From Nitrosospira multiformis ATCC 25196 (GTDB taxonomy: Bacteria; Pseudomonadota; Gammaproteobacteria; Burkholderiales; Nitrosomonadaceae): DNA of 32,000 bases. A program made the translations under genes and the position numbers. The stretch lies in the NCBI RefSeq assembly GCF_000196355.1, contig NC_007614.1, positions 3,090,001 to 3,122,000 of the forward strand, in the 5' to 3' direction. Positions 19,752 to 29,407 of this stretch are shown one piece after another (position 1 is the stretch's first letter; each line of letters opens with the position of its first letter). The notes under the pieces are model-generated. The model was not told where the DNA came from and ran no database searches. It saw nothing but the letters and a program-made list of their open reading frames with translations.

Positions 19752-20687
19752 ATGAAGTTGCAGCATCTTTCTCTGATCCTGGTTCTCATTTTATTTTCGG
19801 GAACTGCTCGCGCCGCCACATTATGGGACAAGTTCAATGATGAGGTGGAAACACTCTATCAGCAGGGAGACTATAAAGGGGCGGCGGTAGCGGCGAAGAA
19901 GGCGCTGCAAGCAGCAGAACAGGGGTTGGAGCCGGGTCATCCGGATATTGCAACCAGCCTCAACAGCCTTGCCATGATCCATAGTGCTCAGGGGCACTAT
20001 AAGGAGGCGGAACCGCTTCTCAAGCGTGCGCAGGCAATTTTTGAAAAATCATTGGGTACAGAAAGCCCGGAAGTGGCCGCAACGCTGAATAACCTGGCGA
20101 TGCTGTACCGGAACAAAGGGGATTATGCGGAAGCCGAGTCGCTTTACAAGCGCGCGCTGGCGATCGATGAGAAAGCTTTCGGAGAGGAGCATCCCAACGT
20201 CGCTGCAAGCCTGAACAATCTGGCGCAGTTATATCAGGCAGAGGGGCAATACCCTCAGTCCGAACCCCTCCTTAAACGGGCAGTGACAATATTGGAAAAA
20301 ACAGGAGGCCCCTACCATCCCAACTTGGCCGTGAGTCTCAACAATCTCGCCTTGCTTTACAATGCGCAGAAGCAGTATGCGAAAGCCGAACCTTTATACA
20401 AACGTGTATTTGCAATCACGAAAAGAGCTTTCGGACCGAATCATCCCAATGTCGCCTTGAGTTTGAACAATCTTGGCGGACTGTATAAGGACCAGGGTAA
20501 ATATCCTCACGCTGAACCGCTGTTTCGCCGCGCCCTGCTCATCTCGGAAGAAACGCTCGGCCCGGATCACCCGAATGTGGCCACAAGCCTGGAAAACCTG
20601 GCGCAGTTGTATAGGGAAATCGGCTATTCCCATAAGGCTGAGCCGTTGGCTAAACGGGCAGCGGCTATCCGGGCGGCAACGCGGTAA
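19752..20687 (+). CDS. Secreted/periplasmic tetratricopeptide repeat protein (kinesin-light-chain-type 42-aa repeats)
   Basis: Signal peptide MKLQHLSLILVLILFSGTARA followed by about 6.7 tandem 42-aa TPR units. Confidence 0.9.
   Translation: MKLQHLSLILVLILFSGTARAATLWDKFNDEVETLYQQGDYKGAAVAAKKALQAAEQGLEPGHPDIATSLNSLAMIHSAQGHYKEAEPLLKRAQAIFEKSLGTESPEVAATLNNLAMLYRNKGDYAEAESLYKRALAIDEKAFGEEHPNVAASLNNLAQLYQAEGQYPQSEPLLKRAVTILEKTGGPYHPNLAVSLNNLALLYNAQKQYAKAEPLYKRVFAITKRAFGPNHPNVALSLNNLGGLYKDQGKYPHAEPLFRRALLISEETLGPDHPNVATSLENLAQLYREIGYSHKAEPLAKRAAAIRAATR
19845..20684 (+). repeat. Tandem 126-bp coding repeats (42-aa TPR units), about 6.7 copies
   Basis: Consensus AxLYxxxGxYxxAEPLxKRAxxIxEkxxGpxHPNVAxSLNNL aligns with constant 42-aa period. 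Confidence 0.85.
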
Positions 20688-20700
20688 ATAAAGCAGTGTT

Positions 20701-21456
20701 TCAGGGGAAGGCGCAGGAAGGGTAATCGGAGAGATTTTCCAGAAGTTCCCATTGGCCATTGATTAGCGCCTGCAATGGCCTGAATGCCGCTTTGTACGCC
20801 ATTTTTCGACTATCCTTGATCCAGTAGCCGAGGTAAAGATAAGGAAGCTTCAATTCACGGCACTGGTGCGCCTGCCACAAAATATTATAGGTACCAAAAC
20901 TCGCGCCCGGTACATCCGGGTCGAAAAATGTATAGACCGACGATATTCCGTCAGGCAGCTCATCGATGATGCTGACCATTCGTAAAACACCGTTTTCCCG
21001 GAATTCCACCAGTTTCGAATCGACATTGCTGGGCAGCAGAAAATGCCGGTACTGCTCGCGGCTATCCCGATCCATGCCGCCGCCCGAGTGGCGTTGGGCC
21101 TGATAACGGAGATACAGTGCGTAGTGATCGGGGTGATAATACAAATCATGCTGAGTCGCAACCAGGTGCCGATGTCGATTCCAGGAACGGCGCTGGCTTC
21201 GGCGTAGCGCGAGGCTGTCAACTACCACTCGGACTGGAAGGCAGGCGCGGCAATTGTCACAGAAAGGACGATAAGTAAAAGCCCCGCTGCGACGAAAACC
21301 AGCTTGTACGAGACCGCCATAAACAATGGTGTCAATCAGATGACTGGGAGTTGCCACCTGCGAGCGCGCCAGTTGCTCAGGAAGATAGCTGCATGGATAA
21401 GACGCGGTAGTGTAGAACTGCAGCGTGGATGCAGGAAGATCATTCAACTTGCTCAT
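20701..21456 (-). CDS. bpt: Aspartate/glutamate leucyltransferase (Bpt; arginyltransferase-family)
   Basis: [57 protein letters not shown]. Confidence 0.93.
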   Translation of the reverse strand: MSKLNDLPASTLQFYTTASYPCSYLPEQLARSQVATPSHLIDTIVYGGLVQAGFRRSGAFTYRPFCDNCRACLPVRVVVDSLALRRSQRRSWNRHRHLVATQHDLYYHPDHYALYLRYQAQRHSGGGMDRDSREQYRHFLLPSNVDSKLVEFRENGVLRMVSIIDELPDGISSVYTFFDPDVPGASFGTYNILWQAHQCRELKLPYLYLGYWIKDSRKMAYKAAFRPLQALINGQWELLENLSDYPSCAFP

Positions 21457-22138
21457 GATCGAAACACCATTTTTCGCCTCGTTCCATATAGTTTACCAAT
21501 TCTTTCAATCTTTGACTAAATTCCTCGCGCGGGATTTCACGCGCGCCGAGGGATGCAAGATGGGCGGTTTTCATCTGGCAATCGATCATTTCAAATCCCC
21601 ATCGCTCGAGTTGCCGCACCAGATGCACAAATGCAATTTTGGAAGCATTGGAAACGCGCGAGAACATGGATTCACCGAAGAAGACGCGTCCCAGCGCAAC
21701 TCCATATAGTCCTCCTACCAATTCCCCGTCCATCCAGGTTTCCACGGAATGGGCGAAGCCCATTTCATGCAGGGCGCTATAGGCGAAAATCATTTTATTC
21801 TGTATCCAGGTTCCGCAACTGTCTCGCCGCGGTGCGGCACAGGCCCGCATGACCGGGGTGAAATTCCTGTCGGTACGAATTTCATAATTACCCTTTCGCA
21901 ACGATTTTTGCAGCGAACGAGATACTTTGAGCTCCCGCGGGAACAGCACCATGCGCGGATCGGGACTCCACCAGAGAATGGGGTCGCCATCATTGAACCA
22001 TGGAAAAATTCCCTGGCTGTATGCCTCGATAAGCCGACGCGGCGAAAGATCGCCCCCTACTGCCAGCAGGCCGTTTGGCTGAATGAGCGCGGTGTGCAGC
22101 GGAGGGAAGAGGGAATCAGACGAGAGCCAGGGAATCAT
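21440..22138 (-). CDS. aat: Leucyl/phenylalanyl-tRNA--protein transferase
   Basis: [72 protein letters not shown]. Confidence 0.97.
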   Translation of the reverse strand: MIPWLSSDSLFPPLHTALIQPNGLLAVGGDLSPRRLIEAYSQGIFPWFNDGDPILWWSPDPRMVLFPRELKVSRSLQKSLRKGNYEIRTDRNFTPVMRACAAPRRDSCGTWIQNKMIFAYSALHEMGFAHSVETWMDGELVGGLYGVALGRVFFGESMFSRVSNASKIAFVHLVRQLERWGFEMIDCQMKTAHLASLGAREIPREEFSQRLKELVNYMERGEKWCFDHEQVE

Positions 22139-22175
22139 GAAACCAGCAAGGCGTTGAGTACCTTCTGTTTGAGTA

Positions 22176-22874
22176 TCAGGAAGCAGGCGTCTGCCGGAAA
22201 CCTGCGTGATAACGCGTTACGTCGGGAACATCTGCCGATTCAAAGCCCGCCCGTCGCAAGCGGCAGGAATCACATACGCCGCAGGCCAGCCCCGCATCGT
22301 CCGCCTGATAGCAGGAAACAGTCATGCTGTAGTCAACGCCGAGCACGCCCCCCCTCTTTATGATCTCCGCCTTCGACAAATTCATTAGAGGCGCGTGAAT
22401 GGCAAGGCGTGTCCCTTCAATCCCGGCTTTTGTCGCGACGTTCGCCATCGTCTCAAAGGCTTCGATATACTCAGGACGGCAATCGGGATAACCAGAATAG
22501 TCAATTGCGTTAACACCGATGAAAATATCCCCGCTCCCCAGCACTTCGGCCCAGGCCAGTGCAATGGAAAGCATGATGGTATTACGCGCGGGTACGTAGG
22601 TGCTGGGAATGCCCGGCGTAACCCCGTCCGTCGGAATTTCACGCTCTTTGTCGATAAGCGCGGAGCCCCCGAATGTGGAAAGATCCACTTGAATGATTTT
22701 ATGGGCGGTGGCACCCAAGGAGCGGGCAAGATTTTTTGCCGCGGCGAGCTCCGCGCCGTGGCGCTGGCCGTAGCTCACGCTCAAGGCATAACACTCATAT
22801 CCTTGCTGGCGGGCGATAGCAAGGACGGTGGCCGAGTCCAGACCTCCTGACAGCAGCACGACTGCCTTAACCAT
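22176..22874 (-). CDS. queC: 7-cyano-7-deazaguanine synthase
   Basis: [42 protein letters not shown]-terminal CX2CX2C-type cluster. Confidence 0.97.
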   Translation of the reverse strand: MVKAVVLLSGGLDSATVLAIARQQGYECYALSVSYGQRHGAELAAAKNLARSLGATAHKIIQVDLSTFGGSALIDKEREIPTDGVTPGIPSTYVPARNTIMLSIALAWAEVLGSGDIFIGVNAIDYSGYPDCRPEYIEAFETMANVATKAGIEGTRLAIHAPLMNLSKAEIIKRGGVLGVDYSMTVSCYQADDAGLACGVCDSCRLRRAGFESADVPDVTRYHAGFRQTPAS

Positions 22875-22927
22875 AAAGTTGTAAAAAACGAGTCACGACG
22901 CGGTCTATTTTACCCCGTTAGCACCCG

Positions 22928-23632
22928 TTATCGTCCGGGGCCCTCCCCCCACAGCAATTTGTGCAACTGAACCTGCATGCGCACGGGCAACCGGTCCCTT
23001 AAGATCCATTCCGCAAGGACAGTCGGCTCCAGTTTGCCATGAACGGGAGAAAACAATACAGGACAAGTATGGTCCAACCGATGCTTACCCATCATCTCGA
23101 CCGCCCACCGGTAATCGTCTTCGTCACAGAGCACAAACTTTACCTCGTCATGGCTTGTAAGGTACTGAACGTTGCTCCAGAGATTTTTTTCCACCTCTCC
23201 GGAACCAGGCGTTTTGAGGTCCAGGATTCTGGATACGCGCGCATCCACTTTGGATATATCCAGAGCCCCGCCGGTTTCCATTGATACCGAATAACCCGCA
23301 TCGCACAGCAATCGAAGCAAAGCCAGGCACTCTTTTTGAGCCAGAGGTTCGCCCCCTGTCACGGTAACATGACGAGCCCCATGCCTTGCCACCTCCATCA
23401 GAATAGCGGCAAGGGAGAGGCGCTCGCCCTCATGGAACGCATAAGCAGTATCACAGTAGCCGCAACGCAGCGGACAACCGGTGAGCCGCACGAAAACAGT
23501 CGGCAGCCCTACACGACTGGTTTCTCCCTGCAGAGATAGAAAGATCTCGTTGACACGCAAGCTTGCCCCTTCCGCGGAAGATGGAATCTTCCTGGACAGA
23601 GGTGGGAAATCCGGGGACAGGATCTGAACCAT
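22928..23632 (-). CDS. queE: 7-carboxy-7-deazaguanine synthase (radical SAM)
   Basis: FLSLQGETSRVGLPTVFVRLTGCPLRCGYCDTAYAF (CX3CX2C), VTGGEPLAQ. Start at MVQILSPDFPP (23632) preferred over 23677. Confidence 0.95.
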   Translation of the reverse strand: MVQILSPDFPPLSRKIPSSAEGASLRVNEIFLSLQGETSRVGLPTVFVRLTGCPLRCGYCDTAYAFHEGERLSLAAILMEVARHGARHVTVTGGEPLAQKECLALLRLLCDAGYSVSMETGGALDISKVDARVSRILDLKTPGSGEVEKNLWSNVQYLTSHDEVKFVLCDEDDYRWAVEMMGKHRLDHTCPVLFSPVHGKLEPTVLAEWILRDRLPVRMQVQLHKLLWGEGPGR

Positions 23633-23681
23633 ATATACGGGACGGAAGCCGGCAGGAAAATGTCCTGGCCGGCACACGCCG

Positions 23682-24596
23682 CTATTTGATACTGGTTAAC
23701 CGCCGTTTGGCTTTGTCTGCTGCGTCGCTGCCGGGATATTTGACGATGACGCTTTCCAGAATTGTCCGGGCAGCATCTTTTTTATTCAGCTCCAACTGGC
23801 TGCTGGCTATATTGAGCATCGCATCCGGTACTTTGGGGCTGTCCGGATAGATTTTGATCAGCGTCTCCTGCGCGGCAACGGCATTCTTGAACTCGCGCAA
23901 TGCATAGAAGGAATTTCCGATCCAGTAGTGGGCGCTGGCAGCAAAACTTGATTCGGGATAAGACCTGAGAAAACTGTTGAAACTGGATATGGCTTCCTTG
24001 TACTTGCCTGTCTTGAACAGATCGTATCCGTTCTCATAGGCGCGGCCATCGGCGCCATCGGCGACAGAATTCCTGTTGGCAGGCGTGGCGTATTCGGACG
24101 AAACGGCAGAAGCCGAGGCAGGAACAGCAGCGGATGCAGTTCCTTTCATCCCCTGACTGGAATTCGGGCCTGCATTGGAATCAATGGCGGAGCTGGATGC
24201 AGCGGGGGAGGATACCCCCGACCTGGGCGCAGCTGTCCCATCGGCTCCTTCCGTCTGCTCCAGCCGCCTGAGCCGGTTATCGAGATCAACGTAGAAATCC
24301 CGCTGCCGTTTCTGCGCCAGTTCGTTTTCATTGACCAGCACTTCTATCTGACCCTGCAACCTGTTCAGATCGAGCCGCAGGCTTTCTATCTGGTTGTGAA
24401 GTTCCAGCAATGGCCGACTACCGAGATCTTCTTCGAGTCTGCTAACACGAGATTCCAATGTTTGTCCCTGATTCCTCAGGTCGCCCATCGTCTGCTGCGC
24501 GACCATGCGGCGCGGCGCCCTGTCATCATCGAAGGTTCTCGCATGAATCGAACCACAGACCATCAGAACCGATAGCAGGAAAGCGCGCTGGAGCAT
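23682..24596 (-). CDS. cpoB: Cell division coordinator CpoB (YbgF), TPR protein of the Tol-Pal system
   Basis: N-terminal coiled coil (LRLDLNRLQGQIEVL), C-terminal TPRs (YENGYDLFKTGKYKEAISSFNSFLRSYPES...AKRRL); next to pal. Confidence 0.93.
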   Translation of the reverse strand: MLQRAFLLSVLMVCGSIHARTFDDDRAPRRMVAQQTMGDLRNQGQTLESRVSRLEEDLGSRPLLELHNQIESLRLDLNRLQGQIEVLVNENELAQKRQRDFYVDLDNRLRRLEQTEGADGTAAPRSGVSSPAASSSAIDSNAGPNSSQGMKGTASAAVPASASAVSSEYATPANRNSVADGADGRAYENGYDLFKTGKYKEAISSFNSFLRSYPESSFAASAHYWIGNSFYALREFKNAVAAQETLIKIYPDSPKVPDAMLNIASSQLELNKKDAARTILESVIVKYPGSDAADKAKRRLTSIK

Positions 24597-24598
24597 GA

Positions 24599-25126
24599 TT
24601 ATTCACCCTGATAACGGATATCCACGCGGCGATTTTCAGCCCATGCAGCCTCGTCATGGCCCATTGCATGAGGTTTTTCCTCGCCCAGGCTCACAGCTTC
24701 AATCTGCCCCTCCTGGGCACCTGATAGGGTCATTGCATACTTGACCGCGTCCGCACGACGCTGGCCCAACGCCAGGTTATACTCGCGACTGCCGCGCTCG
24801 TCTGTATTTCCCTGCAGCAGCACCCTGGCATTGGGATGCTCACGCAGATATTTCGCATGTGCCGCGACCAGAGATCTGAATTCATCCTTTACTACATAGC
24901 TGTCGAAATCGAAATAGATGCTGCGCTTGGAAAGAATGCTGTTGGGATCGGTAAGCGGATTGAGGGTTGGGGATGTGTAATCCTCAGCCTGCATGCCCTC
25001 CCTTTGCGCGGCGGCAGCATCCCTGGATCGATCTCTATCCTCCATATCCGCGTCGCCGGGCTGCTTTGTCTGGCTGGCGCATGCTGTCAACAGGCTGATC
25101 AATAACACGCCCAAAACTTTTTTCAT
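24599..25126 (-). CDS. pal: Peptidoglycan-associated lipoprotein
   Basis: Lipobox LLTAC, OmpA-like domain SIYFDFDSYVVKDEFRSLVAAHAKYLREHPNARVLLQGNTDERGSREYNLALGQRRADAV. Confidence 0.96.
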   Translation of the reverse strand: MKKVLGVLLISLLTACASQTKQPGDADMEDRDRSRDAAAAQREGMQAEDYTSPTLNPLTDPNSILSKRSIYFDFDSYVVKDEFRSLVAAHAKYLREHPNARVLLQGNTDERGSREYNLALGQRRADAVKYAMTLSGAQEGQIEAVSLGEEKPHAMGHDEAAWAENRRVDIRYQGE

Positions 25127-25164
25127 TTCTATTCCCTTTTAGGTTAGCCAAAAATACACTGGAA

Positions 25165-26490
25165 TTACTGCAGACGCCGTAGCGGACCCCACGCCGGTTC
25201 TCTTATATCACCCGTCTGCGTTGAAAGCTGCTGCCGGGTTCTCCCGTCACTCGAAACCGCGGATAATATACCACGGCCCCGTATTTCAGTAGCATAAAGA
25301 ACCATTCTGCCGTTGGGGGCAAAGCTTGGCGATTCGTCGAATCTCGAATCCGTGAGCAAGCGCACCTGGCCGGTCGCAAAGTCCTGAATGGCCACGTTGA
25401 ATCTATCGCCGCTGCGGTGGATAAAAGTAAAACCTTTTCCATCGGGACTGTAACGCGGACTCACGTTGTAGCTTCCTTCGAAAGTAAGACGTTCCGCAAC
25501 TTTGGACACACCTCCTGTGACAGGCATCCGATAAATTTGAGGACTGCCGCCACGGTCAGAGGTGAAAATGATATAACGGCCGTCCGGCGAAAAACTTGGC
25601 TCGGTATCGATGCCGGAACTTTGTGTAAGGCGCTGAAGTCCTCCGCCATCGGAGTTGATCAGAAAGATTTGCGAGCCACCCATTACAGATAGCACAACCG
25701 CAAGCTTCCTGCCATCGGGAGACCATGCCGGCGCACTATTGCTCCCCCTGAAATTTGCAACCGCCTTGCGTGTCCGGGTCGCAAGGGTCTGAACGTAAAC
25801 CACCGGTTTCTTGTTCTCGAAAGATACATATGCAAGCCGGGTGCCGTCCGGGGACCAGGCGGGCGATATGATCGGCTCCGTATATTCGATGACGGGCTGG
25901 GCATTGAACCCGTCCGCATCTGCCACCTGGAGCGAGTATTTCTTCCCCTGCTTGATCACATAGGCAATGCGAGTGCTGAACACGCCGACGTCACCGGTCA
26001 GTTTTTCGTAGATCATGTCGGCAATGCGGTGGGCGGCAGCGCGCAGCTGCTCCGGCGCCACTGTCTCGACATAACTTCCCAGTTCTGCCTGCCTTGCCAC
26101 ATCCAGCAACCGGACGCGGATCGATATCTGGCCTCCGGAGACGGGTATCGCGGTGCCAATGGCGAGCGCGCTCGCACCCCGATTGATCCAATCCGGGAAC
26201 GAAACCTCGACCGGTTCATGCGGCCGCAGGCCTCCGGGATCGACCAGCTTAAATAATCCTGTACGTTGCAGATCCGCCGAAATGACGGGGGTAAGGCTTT
26301 GCGCCCCAAGTCCTTCCTCTCCCGAAAAGGGAACTATCGCGACAGGAATCTGGTTGGCGCCTCCACCGAAAATTTCGATGTTGAGAGCGGCCTGCGCTGG
26401 CGAGCAGACCAGCCACAAAAAGAACAAAACGGCAGCATAGCCGGAAAGTTTATGCGAGCGGGACGGCGTGGGCAGCATAGCAATGGCCAT
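25165..26490 (-). CDS. tolB: Tol-Pal system protein TolB
   Basis: Signal peptide, TolB N-domain, WD/PD40-type repeats (SPAWSPDGTRLAYVSF..., TEPSFSPDGRYIIFTSDRGGSPQIYRM). Confidence 0.96.
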   Translation of the reverse strand: MAIAMLPTPSRSHKLSGYAAVLFFLWLVCSPAQAALNIEIFGGGANQIPVAIVPFSGEEGLGAQSLTPVISADLQRTGLFKLVDPGGLRPHEPVEVSFPDWINRGASALAIGTAIPVSGGQISIRVRLLDVARQAELGSYVETVAPEQLRAAAHRIADMIYEKLTGDVGVFSTRIAYVIKQGKKYSLQVADADGFNAQPVIEYTEPIISPAWSPDGTRLAYVSFENKKPVVYVQTLATRTRKAVANFRGSNSAPAWSPDGRKLAVVLSVMGGSQIFLINSDGGGLQRLTQSSGIDTEPSFSPDGRYIIFTSDRGGSPQIYRMPVTGGVSKVAERLTFEGSYNVSPRYSPDGKGFTFIHRSGDRFNVAIQDFATGQVRLLTDSRFDESPSFAPNGRMVLYATEIRGRGILSAVSSDGRTRQQLSTQTGDIREPAWGPLRRLQ

Positions 26491-26521
26491 AAGTTAATTT
26501 TGAAACAATAGATTATACCAG

Positions 26522-27583
26522 TCATTCAAGGTAATGCACCTTGACACTCAAGTTGCGGAACTTCGGAAAAAGCGCGGGGTCGGGCGGCAGCGGGAGCGGC
26601 TTGGACAAGGCAATAGCCCGCTCTACCGCACTATCGAAAGCGGCGAATCCACTGCTCTTGCGCAGCCTGACATCGAGGATATCGCCGCCGGGAAGCACAG
26701 TAACATCGAACTCGACAACCGGATTTCCGGGCAGATCCTGCGGCATCACGATATTCCTTCTTATCTTGGCCAGGATTCTCGCCTTATACTCGTCAATCTC
26801 CTTCGCCAGCCGCGCTTGCGCTGCCGCCTCAGCCTGGAGCCTGTCGCGTTCTTCCTGTTCGCGCCTAAGTTGCTCCACTTCTGCTGCAACCCGCGCCTGC
26901 TGTTCTTTCTCCTTCCGTTCCTTCTCGGCTTTTTCCTTTCGTTCTTTCTCCTTCTGCTCCTTCTCTTTCCGTTCCTTTTCTCTTTGTTCTTCTTCTCTGC
27001 GTTCCTTTTCTTTACGCTCCTTCTCGGCTTTTTCCTTCCGTTCCTTCTCTTTCCGCTCCTTTTCTCTTTGTTCTTCTTCCTTGCGCTCCTTTTCTTTCCG
27101 CTCCTTCTCGGCTTTTTCCTTCCGTTCTTTTTCCCTCTGCTCCTGTTCCTTTTTCTCCTGCAGTTCTTTTTCCTTACGCTCTTTCTCCTTACGCTCTTTC
27201 TCCAGTTGCACCTTGTTTTCCACCGGTTTTTTTTCCGGCTTGGGTTTCTCGGTTTTTTCCTTTATGGCGATATCAGGTTTAGAGGGAGTCGGCGTTTCCG
27301 GCTGAGGCAGGGGTTCCGGCTTGGGCAGCGGTTTTGTTTCAGGCGGCTTTACCTCCGGCATCGGTTCAACCGGCTTAGGCGGCGGGGGAGGCGCTGCCCT
27401 TACCACGGGTGCCGGTGCCGGCGGAAGGCTGCTCCATAAATCCACCATCATCCCTTCCGGTGACTCGGTTTTCCAATTGAGGCCGAAAATCAGGAAAGCG
27501 AAAAAAACGAGGTGAACCAGCACTGCCAGCACTGCCGCCGGCACTCGCCCTGGTTCAGGTCGAACGAATTTTCTCAACGCCAT
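26522..27583 (-). CDS. tolA: Tol-Pal system protein TolA (energy transduction), with long K/E-rich central domain
   Basis: N-terminal TM, Pro-rich then Lys/Glu-rich helix, C-terminal DLPGNPVVEFDVTVLPGGDILDVRLRKSSGFAAFDSAVERAI; sits between tolR and tolB. Confidence 0.94.
   Translation of the reverse strand: MALRKFVRPEPGRVPAAVLAVLVHLVFFAFLIFGLNWKTESPEGMMVDLWSSLPPAPAPVVRAAPPPPPKPVEPMPEVKPPETKPLPKPEPLPQPETPTPSKPDIAIKEKTEKPKPEKKPVENKVQLEKERKEKERKEKELQEKKEQEQREKERKEKAEKERKEKERKEEEQREKERKEKERKEKAEKERKEKERREEEQREKERKEKEQKEKERKEKAEKERKEKEQQARVAAEVEQLRREQEERDRLQAEAAAQARLAKEIDEYKARILAKIRRNIVMPQDLPGNPVVEFDVTVLPGGDILDVRLRKSSGFAAFDSAVERAIALSKPLPLPPDPALFPKFRNLSVKVHYLE
26924..27205 (-). repeat. Low-complexity imperfect tandem repeats encoding the TolA K/E/R domain
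   Basis: The block beginning ctcggctttttcctt recurs at 26924, 27023 and 27107 (spacings 99 and 84 bp, both multiples of 3). Confidence 0.85.
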
Positions 27584-27770
27584 GGCATTCGTATTCGTTG
27601 TGGGCGTCTAACTCAAACTCACAAGCACGCTCATTCGGCAATCTGCAGGGGAACACAAGTTCCAGCGCCGAAATACGCTGAATGAGCAGAAGCACGTCCG
27701 GAAACACGTCTTTTGAGGGCAACAAAAGCTTGCAACGGACGACTGCAAATCCGAATTTTCAGAAGTGCGT

Positions 27771-28187
27771 TCATTTCGACCTAGCCAGCAGTCCTACCTT
27801 CTTCACCTGCTGCTGCTGCAGAATATCCATTACATTCATCACTTCCTCGTAGCGCACATTTTTGTCGCCCGCGATCACTACCGGCTGCTCGGCATTTGCC
27901 GCCTGTTTCTGCTTGATCACCTCAACCAGCTCCGTATGGCTGACCTGCTTCTCACCCTCTCTGGCGGAACGGTCGTTCAGCCTCAGGGTTCCATTCGCCT
28001 TTACGATCACTTCCAGCGGTGCGACGGGCGGGGATAGCGACTTGCTAACCTGCGGCAGCTCAATCTCGCCCGGAGTGATGAGCGGCGCCGTGATCATGAA
28101 AATGACGAGCAGCACCAGCATCACGTCAATGTAAGGTACTACGTTTATCTCGTTCATCAGGCGCCTTCTGGCGCGCCGCTCACTCAC
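27771..28187 (-). CDS. tolR: Tol-Pal system protein TolR
   Basis: MNEINVVPYIDVMLVLLVIFMITAPLI; ExbD/TolR family. Confidence 0.96.
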   Translation of the reverse strand: MSERRARRRLMNEINVVPYIDVMLVLLVIFMITAPLITPGEIELPQVSKSLSPPVAPLEVIVKANGTLRLNDRSAREGEKQVSHTELVEVIKQKQAANAEQPVVIAGDKNVRYEEVMNVMDILQQQQVKKVGLLARSK

Positions 28188-28222
28188 AGTCTCCGCTCTC
28201 CAAAATTATCCTGTTCACGTTC

Positions 28223-28909
28223 CTAACCGCCGGCCTGCCTCTGCAGAACATTCGACATTTCTTCCATGAAGCTCTCGAACCGCGTAGCCAGCCTGTCCAT
28301 ACTGCTGGCATAGCGGTTGTAAGCGATAACCGCGGGGATCGCGGCAAAAAGGCCCATGGCGGTGGCAATCAGCGCCTCGGCAATCCCCGGCGCAACATGG
28401 GCGATGGTGGCCTGGGCGACATTGGACAAACCGCGAAATGAATTCATGATGCCCCAGACGGTACCGAACAATCCTACATATGGGCTTACGGAGCCGACCG
28501 TCGCAAGGAACGAGAGATGCGATTCAAGACGATCCATTTCACGCTGATAGGTCGCGCGCATGGCACGACGGGTACTGTCCATGGCCGTGCCGGTATCCAT
28601 TCCCGGCTGACGCCTGTGCTTCATGAATTCCCGGAAACCTGCCTCGAAGATCCGTTCCATGCTGCCTGCGGTGTGACGGGAAGCAGCAGCGCTCTGGAAA
28701 AGCGCGTTGAGGTCGGTTCCCTTCCAGAAAACATTCTCGAATTCATCGCACTGCCTCTCCGCCTCGCGGATGACAAACAGTTTGCGAAAAATGTACCACC
28801 ATGACATGAGTGAAGCGATCACCAGCAACAGCATCACCAGCTGCACCGGCAAGCTCGCGCTGCCGACGAGCTGAAAAAGGGACATATCCTGGCTAACAGT
28901 CGGACTCAT
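28223..28909 (-). CDS. tolQ: Tol-Pal system protein TolQ
   Basis: [25 protein letters not shown]-like signature ([64 protein letters not shown]). Confidence 0.97.
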   Translation of the reverse strand: [228 protein letters not shown]

Positions 28910-29334
28910 GATAATTTTCCAAGCTTGAGGCGCAGGGCAGCAGGGACGCTCACCGGTTTCAGACTATCCACTCCCACGCACACCGCCTGCACGGTAGCGG
29001 CAGCGAGCGTAACATCGCCCCGCAAGACCCGTTGCGCGATCGTGATGCGGCTTCTGCCCAATTCCGCTGCCTGCGCCGTAATGTGCAGCAGGTCATCCAG
29101 CAGAGCCGGCTTAAAGTATTCAATGCCAAGCGAACGTACCATGAAAATCACCTTATGAATCTGACTTAATGAATGAATATGAAATCCCAATTCGCGTAAC
29201 CACTCGTAGCGGGCACGCTCCATGAAATCGAGATAAGTTGAATGATAAACCACGCCGCCTGCATCGGTATCCTGATAATAGACACGGACGGGCAAAGAAA
29301 AGGGAATCTCGGGACTTGAGTAAGACATCTTCAT
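28906..29334 (-). CDS. ybgC: Tol-Pal-associated acyl-CoA thioesterase YbgC
   Basis: RVYYQDTDAGGVVYHSTYLDFMERARYEWLRELG hotdog signature; ATGA overlap with tolQ. Confidence 0.95.
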   Translation of the reverse strand: MKMSYSSPEIPFSLPVRVYYQDTDAGGVVYHSTYLDFMERARYEWLRELGFHIHSLSQIHKVIFMVRSLGIEYFKPALLDDLLHITAQAAELGRSRITIAQRVLRGDVTLAAATVQAVCVGVDSLKPVSVPAALRLKLGKLS

Positions 29335-29407
29335 CTGATCAATTGAGAAATCGATGCCGACATCGCGACCAGCTGCCGGCTACTACGATTGCATCACGGA
29401 AAATTTA

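Noticed and set aside
19845-20684. Considered as a CRISPR-like or noncoding tandem repeat array
   Set aside because: Period is 126 bp, in frame, with no spacer structure; it encodes TPR units.
26534-27439. Long plus-strand ORFs (301 aa and 254 aa) rich in Leu/Phe or Ser/Phe opposite tolA
   Set aside because: They are antisense shadows of the Lys/Glu-rich tolA repeat codons; tolA is the clearly conserved reading frame.
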